A program made the translations under genes and the position numbers. A DNA stretch of 64,000 nucleotides from positions 968-64,967 of IMG/VR virus record IMGVR_UViG_3300025127_007751. One strand, given 5' to 3'. Under the pieces are notes generated by a model. It ran no database searches and was not told the origin of the DNA. It saw only the letters and a list, made by a program, of their open reading frames with translations. Within the stretch, counting starts at the first letter, position 1. Every line of letters begins with the position of its first letter. This DNA comes from a virus (lineage: Duplodnaviria; Caudoviricetes). Shown in pieces: positions 18,061-28,566 of the stretch.

Positions 18061-19296
18061 TTATCTAAATGTAAAATTTACTCCAAATGTTGTTATAAAA
18101 AATTCTGAATCCCACATCTTAGTATATTCACCTTCAGCAAATATCCCTATTGATTTACTTAATTTCCAACCAATATTAGCTCCAGCCTGATAATCCCACC
18201 ATTGTTCTCCTTCAGCTGCATCAGCTAAACCATATTGATCCCAATCATTTCTATATAAATAAGAAAGTGGAACTCTACCAAAATCATCTTTATCACCCAT
18301 TACATATTCATGATAAGGTAAAAATGCTGAACCATATAAATGCATCCAGAAATTAGATTTATAATGATAAAAATCAAAACCTACAACTGGACTAACTAAT
18401 CCAAATGTACCAGTATTACCTAATATTTCATCATTATATCTTGAAATTAATCTTTTGTAAGGACCATCTCTAAATTGAGGGTCTGAAGATGCTACAATTA
18501 CACCTTCTGGGTTCCACCAAAAATAACCTCCTATATTTTGTTCTTCACCAGTAATTGGATTATAAATGGTAGTAGTATAGTAAGCATCTTGGTAACCATA
18601 TTCATAAGCTAGTTCATACCAATAATTAACTTGTGAACCATCTGGGTTTAAAGCACTAACCCAAATTTCATAAGGATTAACCCCATAAACTCTTTCGTGT
18701 GTTCTAAAAGCGGCACCAGCTGAAATACTAAATTTCTTTCCTATTGGTAATCTTGCCCTAACATCTGCAGCATTATAGTTAAAATCAAATGCTCCTTGAA
18801 ATCTTGATTCTAATTTTACGATATGATACTTACCTGTATGTCTTAAAAAGTATCTTTGGTTTTCCCATTCTTCACCTCTACGTCTTTCTTTTTCAAAGTG
18901 GAATAAATATTCCCATCCTTGAACAGCTGAAGTAGGAGCTATAAGTGCGTTTTGTCTTTCTACGTTTTGGTCTCCAGTCCAAAAATTACCTGGTTTTCTT
19001 TCGTATCCAAATCTTCCTAATTTACGAATACCGAATCCAATTCTATAATCAGATGGAAAGTATTCAGTTACATCTTCCACAATGGGGACATCATATAAAC
19101 CTGCTCCCTCAGGTTGTCTAATTAAATATTTTTTATTGGATGATTCATAGGGTGCTCTATAATCCCCAGCAGCGTAAACAGTAGAGTATTTAAAGAAATC
19201 ATTATAAAATTCCTTAAATATGTTTTTCTTTTCCTTTTCTTGTGAATTAACTGGGAGGGCCAGAAGTAATGCAACAATTAGTACTAATATCCTCAT
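18061..19296 (-). CDS. probable outer-membrane beta-barrel protein
   Basis: Signal peptide ...PVNS|QE; alternating aromatic strands; C-terminal beta-signal-like FGVNFTFR. Confidence 0.65.
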   Translation of the reverse strand: MRILVLIVALLLALPVNSQEKEKKNIFKEFYNDFFKYSTVYAAGDYRAPYESSNKKYLIRQPEGAGLYDVPIVEDVTEYFPSDYRIGFGIRKLGRFGYERKPGNFWTGDQNVERQNALIAPTSAVQGWEYLFHFEKERRRGEEWENQRYFLRHTGKYHIVKLESRFQGAFDFNYNAADVRARLPIGKKFSISAGAAFRTHERVYGVNPYEIWVSALNPDGSQVNYWYELAYEYGYQDAYYTTTIYNPITGEEQNIGGYFWWNPEGVIVASSDPQFRDGPYKRLISRYNDEILGNTGTFGLVSPVVGFDFYHYKSNFWMHLYGSAFLPYHEYVMGDKDDFGRVPLSYLYRNDWDQYGLADAAEGEQWWDYQAGANIGWKLSKSIGIFAEGEYTKMWDSEFFITTFGVNFTFR

Positions 19297-19328
19297 ATTA
19301 TTATCTTATTATATTTGGCTATAAATAT

Positions 19329-19356
19329 AAAAAAGGGGAATGCTAATGCATCCCCC
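19329..19356 (-). terminator. intrinsic terminator
   Basis: GGGGGATGC-ATTA-GCATTCCCC followed by T6. Confidence 0.75.
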
Positions 19357-19381
19357 TATAAAATTTCTACGTAATCTTATA

Positions 19382-19612
19382 TCATTTTTTCATTATATGA
19401 ATAAGAACAAAGGCACCCACTAAACCTAGTAGTCCCTCAGCATTAAGATTACCTAATATTCCCATAATATTATCCACTACAGATATATTATTCCAAAAAG
19501 GAATACCTACTCCTCCAAATAATACTTCAAGTACTATTCCGAGTGCTATAACTGAAATGCCAATTTCAGTCAGTTTGTTGGCCCAAGAGCCAATCTTAGT
19601 TAAAATTTCCAT
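19382..19612 (-). CDS. small membrane protein
   Basis: 76 aa from MEILTK; two hydrophobic helices. Confidence 0.75.
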   Translation of the reverse strand: MEILTKIGSWANKLTEIGISVIALGIVLEVLFGGVGIPFWNNISVVDNIMGILGNLNAEGLLGLVGAFVLIHIMKK

Positions 19613-19679
19613 AAAAAATTGAATTTTAGTTAAACAAAATGTAACTAACAACTATGAAGAATAACATTAATACATATGA

Positions 19680-21395
19680 TTATCCATCGCAAGATACACA
19701 ATCTGCCATTCTTGAACCAAGGTCGCCCTTGATAACACTGTCAGTTCTTAAATAATAGAGTGTTTTTATTCCAAGCTTCCACGCCTCCATATGCACCTGA
19801 TTTATCCATTTCGGTGAATCATTGGGATCAAATGACAAATTCAGAGATTGAGTTTGGTCAATATATCTTTGTCTTATTGCCGCTTGGCGCACAAGTTCTA
19901 ATTGATTTATTTCGGAAAACGTTAAAAATAATTCCTTTTCATCAGGAGTTAATATAGTATCTGGTAGGTTTTGTACAGAACCTCCATCTTGTAACATTTG
20001 ATCCCACCATTTATTTTTATTTTGGTTTTTACTTTCTAATAGTGCTTCTAATACTTTATTTTTTCTAATAAAAGTACCCTTGGCACCATTAAAAGTGTAA
20101 ACATTAGCTGGTAAAGGTTCTATACCTGCACTTACTCCTCCACAAATTACTGAATTAGAAACAGTGGGGGCAATAGCCAAAATATGAGTATTTCTCATTC
20201 CAGTTCCCCTACACCAAATAGGCTCTCCATATTCTTGAGCTAATTCCATTGATGCTTTTTCGGCTTTACTTCTTATATCTGAAAAGATATTATGTGTATG
20301 TGCAGTAGAAGCTATAGAATTAAATGGTAAATTTTTCTGTTGTAAAAAAGTATGCCATCCCATAATACCTAAACCTAATGCCCTACCTTTTTTAGCATGA
20401 TTATGAGTTCTAATTAATGAATCTTTACCATTAGATTTGTCTATAAATTCTTGCATTACTCCATCTAAAAACCAGGTTGCTAATTCAACAGTATCAGTAT
20501 TAACCCATTCATCATATTTAGCAACATTTAAAGAAGATAAACAACAAATAAATGAATGCCATTCATCAGTAAATAAAGTAATTTCAGAACAAATATTAGT
20601 CATTGATACGTCTAAATTATTTAATCTATAAGCAATAGGATTGTCTTTATTTACATTATCCTTATACATTATATAAGGTTCACCAGTTTCCATTCTTGCC
20701 TTTAAAACAGTAGCCCAAGTACTTAGAGCTTCCGGATCTCTAGATTCTAATTTACGCATAAAAGTATCTCCTACTACTACACATTGATGTAAGTTTAAAC
20801 ACTGTCTATTGGGATCCCCTTTGGGTCTTCTAATTTGTAAAAACTCACCAATATCTGGATGTTCAATATCTAAATTAACTGATGCTGCTCCTCTTCTTAC
20901 ATTACCTTGATTAGTTGCTATAATAGTTGAATCATAAATTTTAGCCCAAGGTACAACACCTTCTGATTTTCCATTACCTGCTATTTCAGTACCTCTAGGT
21001 CTAATTTTAGATAAACCAATACCAACCCCTCCTCCTTTTGAAGTTAATCTCATAAGTTCAGCATTAGTTAAACCAATACCTCTTATAGAATCAGGAGTAT
21101 CAATACCATAACATGAAATAGGTAAACCCCTATCTGTACCCATGTTAGATATTACTGGTGAAGCTAAGCCTAACCAACCATTCCACATAATTTTGAAAAA
21201 CTTATTTTCTAATTCAGGTTTTTTTAGTCTAAAGGCTGCTGCCTTGGCAACCCTTCTATAAGCTTTTCTAACATCCTCTCCAGGAAGCAAATAACCTTTG
21301 GATATAGTAGCTAAAGATATTTCATCCATCCATTCTGGATATTGTTTACCTGGTTCCCAATTACTGTAATCTACTTGTAATGCGTTATTTTCCAT
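19680..21395 (-). CDS. nrdA: ribonucleotide reductase class Ia alpha subunit (no ATP cone)
   Basis: LPISC, GGGVG, RRGA, TNICSEI, AIAPT, QTQSLNL, KTLYY, C-terminal CVSCDG. Confidence 0.95.
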   Translation of the reverse strand: MENNALQVDYSNWEPGKQYPEWMDEISLATISKGYLLPGEDVRKAYRRVAKAAAFRLKKPELENKFFKIMWNGWLGLASPVISNMGTDRGLPISCYGIDTPDSIRGIGLTNAELMRLTSKGGGVGIGLSKIRPRGTEIAGNGKSEGVVPWAKIYDSTIIATNQGNVRRGAASVNLDIEHPDIGEFLQIRRPKGDPNRQCLNLHQCVVVGDTFMRKLESRDPEALSTWATVLKARMETGEPYIMYKDNVNKDNPIAYRLNNLDVSMTNICSEITLFTDEWHSFICCLSSLNVAKYDEWVNTDTVELATWFLDGVMQEFIDKSNGKDSLIRTHNHAKKGRALGLGIMGWHTFLQQKNLPFNSIASTAHTHNIFSDIRSKAEKASMELAQEYGEPIWCRGTGMRNTHILAIAPTVSNSVICGGVSAGIEPLPANVYTFNGAKGTFIRKNKVLEALLESKNQNKNKWWDQMLQDGGSVQNLPDTILTPDEKELFLTFSEINQLELVRQAAIRQRYIDQTQSLNLSFDPNDSPKWINQVHMEAWKLGIKTLYYLRTDSVIKGDLGSRMADCVSCDG

Positions 21396-21397
21396 AT

Positions 21398-21574
21398 TTA
21401 TTGATTTTTATGACAAGGAGAAACATAATAAGTAGTTTTATACTTATCCTTTACTTGTATAACTTTAACAGTATCTCCCTTTTGAGTTATTGAAGTTATG
21501 TAGGATACTGTTGGAGGAGTATATATTATCTCCGCACATCCAAATAAACATATTAATAAAATTAAATATTTCAT
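21398..21574 (-). CDS. small putative lipoprotein
   Basis: MKYLILLICLFGC lipobox; lies between nrdB and nrdA. Confidence 0.55.
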   Translation of the reverse strand: MKYLILLICLFGCAEIIYTPPTVSYITSITQKGDTVKVIQVKDKYKTTYYVSPCHKNQ

Positions 21575-21576
21575 TA

Positions 21577-22563
21577 TTAAAATAAATCTGCGGCATCCCA
21601 TTTTTGAACACCTTTACTATAATTTGTTACTCTATTAGCAAAGAAATCTGTATGTTGTTTCCCAGCTGATAATGAGTCAAACCAACTCATTCTTTGTACT
21701 GCTTCTTTATCTATGCCATTAACTATTGGCTCGTATCCTAAATCACCCATTTTAGTATTTACTCTATGTTTGATAAATGAAACTAAATCATATTTAGAAC
21801 ATCCTTCTAAATCTCCCATTTCATATACTTTATCAATAAAATCTAATTCTAATTTTAAAGATAATAAAGCTGCCTCCTCAACCTGTGCCTTTAATTCAGG
21901 TGTATCTAATTCAGGATGTTCTTTTAATAAAGTTCTAAATAACCAACAACCGGCATTTGAATGTAAAGATTCATCTCTAATACTCCATTCAACTATTTGT
22001 CCTACTCCTTTAAGTAAATTTCTAAGTTTAAACGATAATAAAACAGCAAAAGATGAAAATAAATTTACTCCTTCAGTAAAAGCTGAAAATATAGCTAATG
22101 ATTTAGCTCTTTCATGCCAATTAGGATTGCCATCATGGTCATCTCTTACATTCATTAAATTTTCTATTTTAGCCATTGTGGTTTCATCCTCTAAAAATTC
22201 AGCAAAATCATCTAAACCTAGTTCTTCATTTAAAAGTGAATAAGCTTCCGCATGTATAGTTTCAAAACACCCAAAAGTTACAGCCATAGCTATTACTTCT
22301 GGTTTTCTAAACCATTTAGTAACTAATGTTGACCAGTAGTCATTTACAACAGTTTCAGTTTGTGCAAATCCCTTTAAAATTGAACCAATTATATTTTTTT
22401 CAGTATCTGTTAAATTTTGTTTCCAATCATTAACATCAGCCATCATTGGAACTTCTGTCCATAACCAATGTGCTTGTTGTTGTTTCATATAAAAGTCAAA
22501 AGCTTCTGGGTATTCAAATGGTTTATATACTATTCTCTCTTGTTTTAATGATTTTTTTGCCAT
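21577..22563 (-). CDS. nrdB: ribonucleotide reductase beta subunit
   Basis: YKPFEYP, ETIHAEAY (radical Tyr), EGVNLFSSF, RDESLH, DFFANRVTNY. Confidence 0.95.
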   Translation of the reverse strand: MAKKSLKQERIVYKPFEYPEAFDFYMKQQQAHWLWTEVPMMADVNDWKQNLTDTEKNIIGSILKGFAQTETVVNDYWSTLVTKWFRKPEVIAMAVTFGCFETIHAEAYSLLNEELGLDDFAEFLEDETTMAKIENLMNVRDDHDGNPNWHERAKSLAIFSAFTEGVNLFSSFAVLLSFKLRNLLKGVGQIVEWSIRDESLHSNAGCWLFRTLLKEHPELDTPELKAQVEEAALLSLKLELDFIDKVYEMGDLEGCSKYDLVSFIKHRVNTKMGDLGYEPIVNGIDKEAVQRMSWFDSLSAGKQHTDFFANRVTNYSKGVQKWDAADLF

Positions 22564-22581
22564 ATTAATTTTTTTTAAATG

Positions 22582-23949
22582 TTACTTTTCTAACTCAAAA
22601 AACTTTTTTCTTAATAACTGTTTGTCAAATTGGTCTACATCAGTATCAAATTTATTTGTCTGAGTTTTAGGAGCCAAATTTTCTTCTTCAGTATCTTTGT
22701 AATCAAATACTTCAAAATGACCAGTTGAAGTATCAGCTTTAACTGAAAAAGTAAGACCATCCATCCCATATCTGTTTTTCATAATATGATATCTTCCAGT
22801 GCCGTTTACTTTATCTTCTTTCTTTCTTGATAAAGACATTGCAAAATCGGAAATCATCATTTTATCATAGGATCCTGCCGCTTTATCTCCTTCAATTATT
22901 TTATCTTGTGCACCCGCTCTATTAACTTGAGAAACAGACCAAATAGGAATATTTAATTGCCTAGCTAATCCTTTTGTGCTGCTATAAATATCATCAATTT
23001 CATCCTTACGTTCACGAGATCGTTTTCTTCCTGCAAGAAGATCAACATAATCTATTAGTACTAAATCTGCTTTAATCCCCATGTCTGCACATTTATTCAA
23101 ATGGGATTCAATTGTACTAACAGTTGCCCTACCTGTTGGAAATTCCTTGATAACTAAATTACCTGGTAGTTGAGGTATTGTAGAATCCACCTTATCTCTA
23201 AAATTATGAATTTTAGTAACTGGTATTTTAGTAAAGAAAGCATCATATCGTTTTCCAACATAATCTTCTCCTAATTCTAATGTATAATGTAAAACATTAT
23301 ACCCTAATCTAACAGCATAACCTCCTAAAGCTACAAGAGACCACGATTTACCACCTCCAGGATTACCAAAAATAAGACCAAAATCTCCATTTCCCAATCC
23401 ACCTTGGAGTAATTCATTAATACGTTCCCAAGGAGTAGGTACAGTTGTTCTTGAATTTTCTCTATAACGTTCTTCAATATCTTTAATATATTCATGGCCT
23501 AAATTTTTATCGTTACCTGCTTTTAATGCATTATCAACAATATTTCTAATACCATCAAAATCACCAGCTTTAAGTAAATCTACTGATGTCATTAATGCTT
23601 TTTTTAATTGTTGGTTTTTACAAAAATTAGTAAATTCTTCTTGAACATAATCTAAATCCTCATCTGAAGCAACGTAAGCTTGTTTAAGTTGTTCTTTTAT
23701 ATTTAGTTTTAAAACATCATTATCTAATTTTTGTAATTCAACTTTTAATACTTCTAAAGATGGTGTAGTATGGTATTTATCATAATATTTTAAAATTTCT
23801 TTAATAGCCCATTTTTGGGCACTATTTTCAAAATACTCATCACTAATAATATCATGTATATTAGTTAAAAACTCTTTATGAGTTAATAATGATGATAATA
23901 TTTTAATTTGGAACTCAGTTCCGTATTGATTAATACTATTTAATGTCAA
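22582..23949 (-). CDS. replicative DnaB-like helicase (T4 gp41-like)
   Basis: GNPGGGKS, YTLEL, LIDYVDL, SQVNR, KNRYG. Confidence 0.92.
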   Translation of the reverse strand: MTLNSINQYGTEFQIKILSSLLTHKEFLTNIHDIISDEYFENSAQKWAIKEILKYYDKYHTTPSLEVLKVELQKLDNDVLKLNIKEQLKQAYVASDEDLDYVQEEFTNFCKNQQLKKALMTSVDLLKAGDFDGIRNIVDNALKAGNDKNLGHEYIKDIEERYRENSRTTVPTPWERINELLQGGLGNGDFGLIFGNPGGGKSWSLVALGGYAVRLGYNVLHYTLELGEDYVGKRYDAFFTKIPVTKIHNFRDKVDSTIPQLPGNLVIKEFPTGRATVSTIESHLNKCADMGIKADLVLIDYVDLLAGRKRSRERKDEIDDIYSSTKGLARQLNIPIWSVSQVNRAGAQDKIIEGDKAAGSYDKMMISDFAMSLSRKKEDKVNGTGRYHIMKNRYGMDGLTFSVKADTSTGHFEVFDYKDTEEENLAPKTQTNKFDTDVDQFDKQLLRKKFFELEK

Positions 23950-24986
23950 ACCTTATAACCTTTAAATTGTGAAAAAACATCTTTTAACCATATTTCTAAA
24001 TTTCTAATCATACCCCCTAATTGGTCCGAATTATAAAATTGAACAAACATATCAATATTTAACTCAGGAATATCCTCTTTAATTAATTCATCTAAATATA
24101 CATCTTCTTTAACACTAATCATAGGAGTACCTAAATCCATAACCTTAAAACTTGTTTCTATTCTATCCTGATCTTGTACTACTCTGGAATATACAACATG
24201 CTCTTTAAATTTCCTAGCTGATATATCAAAAATATCTCCTAATGATAACATTTTATATTGTAATTCGGGAAACTTTTTAAATATTCCCTTGACACCTAAA
24301 CCTTTAACTCCAGGTATATTATCTGAGTTATCTCCTAATAATGTTTTATATAAAATAAAATTTTCGGGGATTACTCCATATTTTTCTTTTACCGTCTTAG
24401 GAGTATAATATTCTTTTTCTATGGGTCTATAAACAATAATTTTATCAGTAACTAATTGTAAAAAATCTTTATCTGATGAAACTATAAAACATGTAGAATT
24501 AAATTTATTAACTAATTTTTTAGATAAAACTGCTATAATATCGTCTGCCTCTACTTTATCTATTAACGTAGTTTTTACAGGTAATAATTTTAAATACTGA
24601 ATTACTCTTACTATTTGGTCTATTTTAGAATCATGCTCTTCTTCTAATGAATCAAAGGCATCCCAATTAGTTATTCTTTGTAAATTTCTTTTACTTTTAT
24701 ATTCGGAGAGCAGATTCTTTCTATTAGCAGTAGAACCCGCTCCATCGAATACAACGTAAACAGAAGTAGGATTAGTTTGTCTAATCATTGCACCTAAAGA
24801 ACGAAAGAATCCACCTAATCCCCCTATATGAACTCCATCAGGATTAACCATATTCATCATGGCAAAATTTCTAAAAAATAAATTTAAACCATCTATTAAT
24901 AAAACTTTATCATGTCTTTTTAATATTGTCTCTTCCCCTTGCTCCTGGACTTCGTCCAACAACTTAAATAGTTCTTTACGTTTCAT
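23946..24986 (-). CDS. 5'-3' exonuclease / flap endonuclease (T4 RNase H-like)
   Basis: LLIDGLN, VVFDG, EADD, SSDKDFLQL, LGDNSDNIPGVKGLG. Confidence 0.93.
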   Translation of the reverse strand: MKRKELFKLLDEVQEQGEETILKRHDKVLLIDGLNLFFRNFAMMNMVNPDGVHIGGLGGFFRSLGAMIRQTNPTSVYVVFDGAGSTANRKNLLSEYKSKRNLQRITNWDAFDSLEEEHDSKIDQIVRVIQYLKLLPVKTTLIDKVEADDIIAVLSKKLVNKFNSTCFIVSSDKDFLQLVTDKIIVYRPIEKEYYTPKTVKEKYGVIPENFILYKTLLGDNSDNIPGVKGLGVKGIFKKFPELQYKMLSLGDIFDISARKFKEHVVYSRVVQDQDRIETSFKVMDLGTPMISVKEDVYLDELIKEDIPELNIDMFVQFYNSDQLGGMIRNLEIWLKDVFSQFKGYKV

Positions 24987-24989
24987 AAT

Positions 24990-26063
24990 TTATTCTGGTT
25001 CTTTTTCAAATTGGGAGATGTCTTGTACTTGTTCTCCCTCTTCTACCACATCAAAATCCATTCCACCCAATACTTTAGACCATTCTTTAGCATGATCATT
25101 TTTGTATTTTTTTAACTCATTTGGGTCATCATTAATAAAACCATGAGGTGTCATTACAATTCTACCTCTTGTTGTAACACCATTAATATGGTTTTTATCA
25201 ATTTGCAAATTAGCTCTTTTAGCAAATTCTACTTGCTTACCATCTTTAATTGCTTTAATTTTAGATGTTCCAGCAGTCATAATATTACCAAATGTAACTA
25301 CAAATGTTGAATCAAACCACATTGCATAACCACCTTTATTCATTAGTTTAGGTTGTCCCATAGGTGATTCTGGTTTTAATGTCCAAACTTTATTAACACA
25401 AACTAATGTATTAGTAAATGGTGAGGATTCTTTTCTAGATAATGTAATTTTTTGATTTACATTATTTCCAAATTGGGTTGACATAGCTCCAGCGTTCCAT
25501 TCATTATTATTTTTATTTGATTTAAGTGACATTTCACAAGGTACAGAACCAATACTATCCCATAAGAATAATAAATCATAAGGTAAATTACCTTTTTTCT
25601 GTTCATCCATTAAATCTAAAATAAATACAGCTACATCTTCAATTGAATTAATAGTTTCTCTATCTACATAAATAAAATTACCTTCATAATCAATAATTTC
25701 ACCCTCATCATTTCTAGTAATATTAATATCAAGACCCATTTGAATTGCATGTTCCCAATTCCATTTCATCTCAGTAATAATAAAAACAGGTAATATGTCT
25801 CTTTTTTGAGCTGATACTGCTGCTTCGATCATTGCTGTTGTTTTCCCTGTGTCGGAGTGTCCTCTTAGTAACACAATATGTCCCATAGGAATACCAGGAA
25901 TGGAAGTAACGTCTTGAAACGCTTTGGATAATGGGATCCAATCCTGGTCTTTAAATTTTATATTCTTATCTAAACCTTTTTTGTTCTTAAAAGCATTAAG
26001 ATCAAACTTAGATTGAATTTCCTTAGAGACTGCCGCCGATAGTGATTTACTTTTCCTTGGCAT
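24990..26063 (-). CDS. RecA/UvsX-like recombinase
   Basis: GIPMG, GHSDTGKTT, WDSIGS, KNHING. Confidence 0.85.
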   Translation of the reverse strand: MPRKSKSLSAAVSKEIQSKFDLNAFKNKKGLDKNIKFKDQDWIPLSKAFQDVTSIPGIPMGHIVLLRGHSDTGKTTAMIEAAVSAQKRDILPVFIITEMKWNWEHAIQMGLDINITRNDEGEIIDYEGNFIYVDRETINSIEDVAVFILDLMDEQKKGNLPYDLLFLWDSIGSVPCEMSLKSNKNNNEWNAGAMSTQFGNNVNQKITLSRKESSPFTNTLVCVNKVWTLKPESPMGQPKLMNKGGYAMWFDSTFVVTFGNIMTAGTSKIKAIKDGKQVEFAKRANLQIDKNHINGVTTRGRIVMTPHGFINDDPNELKKYKNDHAKEWSKVLGGMDFDVVEEGEQVQDISQFEKEPE

Positions 26064-26065
26064 AA

Positions 26066-26908
26066 TTAAAATGGTAAGTCATCAACTTCTTTACTATCCT
26101 TTTTATCATCAAACAAACTATCAAATTCATCATTTTTAGTTTGTTTTGCTTTAGAAGTATCTAAACTAAAATTAGATGATGGTTTATCATCAAATTCCAC
26201 AGCTGGTTCAGATGAAATATCACCTTCATCACCCTCATCTTCAGGTGATAACCATTTTTCCAAAGCGGATTTCATTTCATCAAACGTATATCGTTTAAAT
26301 AATTCCTCAGGATTTGGTTGTTCTTTTAACCATTTTTCAACTGTAGTAGAATCTTCACTAAGTGGTGAAGTTTTAAGTCTAACCCTTACTGATGATTTAT
26401 TATAAGGAGTGCCAGTAGATTCAGGACCTACAGTTTCTACTGTTAGATCTCTACCACCAGATATATCTGTGTAGTCTCCAATTTCTTCATCAACAGCAAG
26501 TGCTAATAACTCTTCATATACTTGTTTTCCAAATTGCCATAGTCTAACACCTTTATCTTCTTCACCTCTAACTAATACAGGAGCAAAAATTCTAGTTTTA
26601 GCATCTAACTTTTTGGCTAGTATGTAATTTTCTTTATTATACTCTTCTCTAAGTTTTTGAGCAAATAAGTGAATTGGGTCTTTTTCATCCCAATTTAGGG
26701 GTGAAATCATAACCTTATTAGTAATCCCATAATAAAATTTTAATTCTTTAAATGGGTTATTTTTATTGTACGTAGAAGGTACAATCCTAATTTGGGACTT
26801 TCCTACTGGTGGTCTCCAGAATATCTTAGTATAATCTGTTTTTTGACCGCTAGTATTTTGTTTTTGTTGGAGCCCATCCAACTTCTGTTTAAGTAACGAT
26901 AAATCCAT
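26066..26908 (-). CDS. single-stranded DNA-binding protein (T4 gp32-like)
   Basis: IRIVP, VRLWQFGKQVY, GRDLTV; acidic tail ending DDLPF. Confidence 0.85.
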   Translation of the reverse strand: MDLSLLKQKLDGLQQKQNTSGQKTDYTKIFWRPPVGKSQIRIVPSTYNKNNPFKELKFYYGITNKVMISPLNWDEKDPIHLFAQKLREEYNKENYILAKKLDAKTRIFAPVLVRGEEDKGVRLWQFGKQVYEELLALAVDEEIGDYTDISGGRDLTVETVGPESTGTPYNKSSVRVRLKTSPLSEDSTTVEKWLKEQPNPEELFKRYTFDEMKSALEKWLSPEDEGDEGDISSEPAVEFDDKPSSNFSLDTSKAKQTKNDEFDSLFDDKKDSKEVDDLPF

Positions 26909-26932
26909 ATTTATAACTTTTTTAATGTAACA

Positions 26933-26964
26933 TCAATATACAAAATAGTAATTCAAAAACCAAA
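26933..26964 (-). promoter_or_regulatory. Bacteroidota sigmaA-like promoter (TTTG-N20-TATATTGA)
   Basis: Consensus spacing; upstream of ssb. Confidence 0.55.
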
Positions 26965-26970
26965 TAATTT

Positions 26971-27702
26971 TTAAATAATTACTACTCCTTTTTTTTCAAT
27001 AACTTCTAAGGCACATTCTTGTGCATAATTAATACTTTCAATTAAACTGCTTCCATTAAGAAGTTGAAAAATAAAAGCAGCGAAAAAAGTATCTCCGGCA
27101 CCAGATAAATCTGAAACCTCAGCTTGTCTTGGTGGTGGTAAAATAGTATTTTTATATCTTACTCCTTTTTCACCTAATGTAATTAATAATTCCCCTTTTA
27201 ATTTTAAATTAGAAATTTTACTTTCATTATTTTCAAATTCGGTTTCATTTATTTTAATAAATGAGGCATTATTAATCCATTCACCAAATATTTTTTTAGT
27301 ATCTATAAAAGAAATAGGATATAAATTAACTAATTTTTCAATATCTTCCTCTTGTAGAAAACCTTTATTATAATCACTAATAATAACTACATCAAATTTA
27401 CCTATTTCTTCAATATTTTTTATTCTTTCACACTGGTCATTTTCATCAACTCTAAGTAACATTTGATTAGTTTTAATGTCAACTAATCTTGTTTTTTCTA
27501 TTTTAGTATCATTAGTTAATAATTTAATATTCCAATCAGGGGCTAAGCTTTTTAAGTTATTATAAACATTTTTAGCCATACCTCCATTTTCTGTTCTATT
27601 TATAGGGTTAAAAACAGGAACTGGTGCCTCGGGGCAAATTCTTTTACATTCACCGTAAATAAATTTATCTTTACAACTGTCTCCTACAACTAATACTTTC
27701 AT
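26971..27702 (-). CDS. heptose-7-phosphate kinase (HldE/RfaE domain I, PfkB family)
   Basis: RICPEAPVPV, GGMAKNV, KTRLV...QMLLRVDE, ISDYNKG, DLSGAGDTF. Confidence 0.85.
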   Translation of the reverse strand: MKVLVVGDSCKDKFIYGECKRICPEAPVPVFNPINRTENGGMAKNVYNNLKSLAPDWNIKLLTNDTKIEKTRLVDIKTNQMLLRVDENDQCERIKNIEEIGKFDVVIISDYNKGFLQEEDIEKLVNLYPISFIDTKKIFGEWINNASFIKINETEFENNESKISNLKLKGELLITLGEKGVRYKNTILPPPRQAEVSDLSGAGDTFFAAFIFQLLNGSSLIESINYAQECALEVIEKKGVVII

Positions 27703-28082
27703 TTATTTAATAAATTTGAAGTTGAATAATCACCAATTCTATCGAAATATACAATTTTTTTAGCATATTGCCCACCTACTATTTCTTTTCCCTTCCAATC
27801 ACTCCCAACAACTAAAACATCAGGTTTAGTTATTTCTACTAACCATTCTAAATGGTCTTTATTATCAAAAACCATTACTTTATCTATAGCCTTTAAACTT
27901 TCTAAAGCATAAACTCTATCTTCTAAATTGTTATATGGTCTATCTGGTCCTTTATCTTGTGATATTTTTTCATCTGAGTCAATGCCTACTATAAGTTCAT
28001 TGCCCAAAGACTTAGCATAATTAAATAATTCAAAATGACCTCTGTGGAGAATATCAAAACAACCATTTACCCAAATTTTCAT
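27699..28082 (-). CDS. heptose-1-phosphate adenylyltransferase (HldE/RfaE domain II)
   Basis: NGCFDILHRGH, VGIDSD, KGPDRP, KPDVLVVGSDW, YSTS. Confidence 0.85.
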   Translation of the reverse strand: MKIWVNGCFDILHRGHFELFNYAKSLGNELIVGIDSDEKISQDKGPDRPYNNLEDRVYALESLKAIDKVMVFDNKDHLEWLVEITKPDVLVVGSDWKGKEIVGGQYAKKIVYFDRIGDYSTSNLLNK

Positions 28083-28098
28083 AACCTAATTTTAACTT

Positions 28099-28566
28099 TT
28101 ATAAATCTATAATTCTATGTATTTTAGTATTTAATTGATTTAAATCATTATGTTGAGTTAATAAAATACAATTTTTATAGTGTTGCCAATCAACTTGATA
28201 GTTAGTGTCTACTACACCACCATTTAACCTTTTAATTAATTCGTTAAGGGCATTAATTGTATATAAAGTATTAGATTCTTTTTTTCTATGGACTAGAATG
28301 GTATTATCAGGAATAGAACCAACATTAGCTTGTTCTACATTATATGTAACAACAAATTCATCTTTACCTACAATTTCAAGAACAAATAACTTATTATAAA
28401 TTATTGTATATTTGCTCTTAATATCTTCAATTAAAGAATCAAGACCTTCAAGATCTGTAAATGTACAAAATAGTTTATTATTCAAATCTCCTAATATTTG
28501 CGTATTATGATCTAAATCATAATTCGGTTTATACATATTAGGATTACTCTGTAAAATTGTAGTCAT
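28099..28566 (-). CDS. hypothetical protein (true start may be TTG at 28485)
   Basis: ORF; phage promoter-like motif at 28529-28538 lies within its annotated 5' end. Confidence 0.7.
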   Translation of the reverse strand: MTTILQSNPNMYKPNYDLDHNTQILGDLNNKLFCTFTDLEGLDSLIEDIKSKYTIIYNKLFVLEIVGKDEFVVTYNVEQANVGSIPDNTILVHRKKESNTLYTINALNELIKRLNGGVVDTNYQVDWQHYKNCILLTQHNDLNQLNTKIHRIIDL

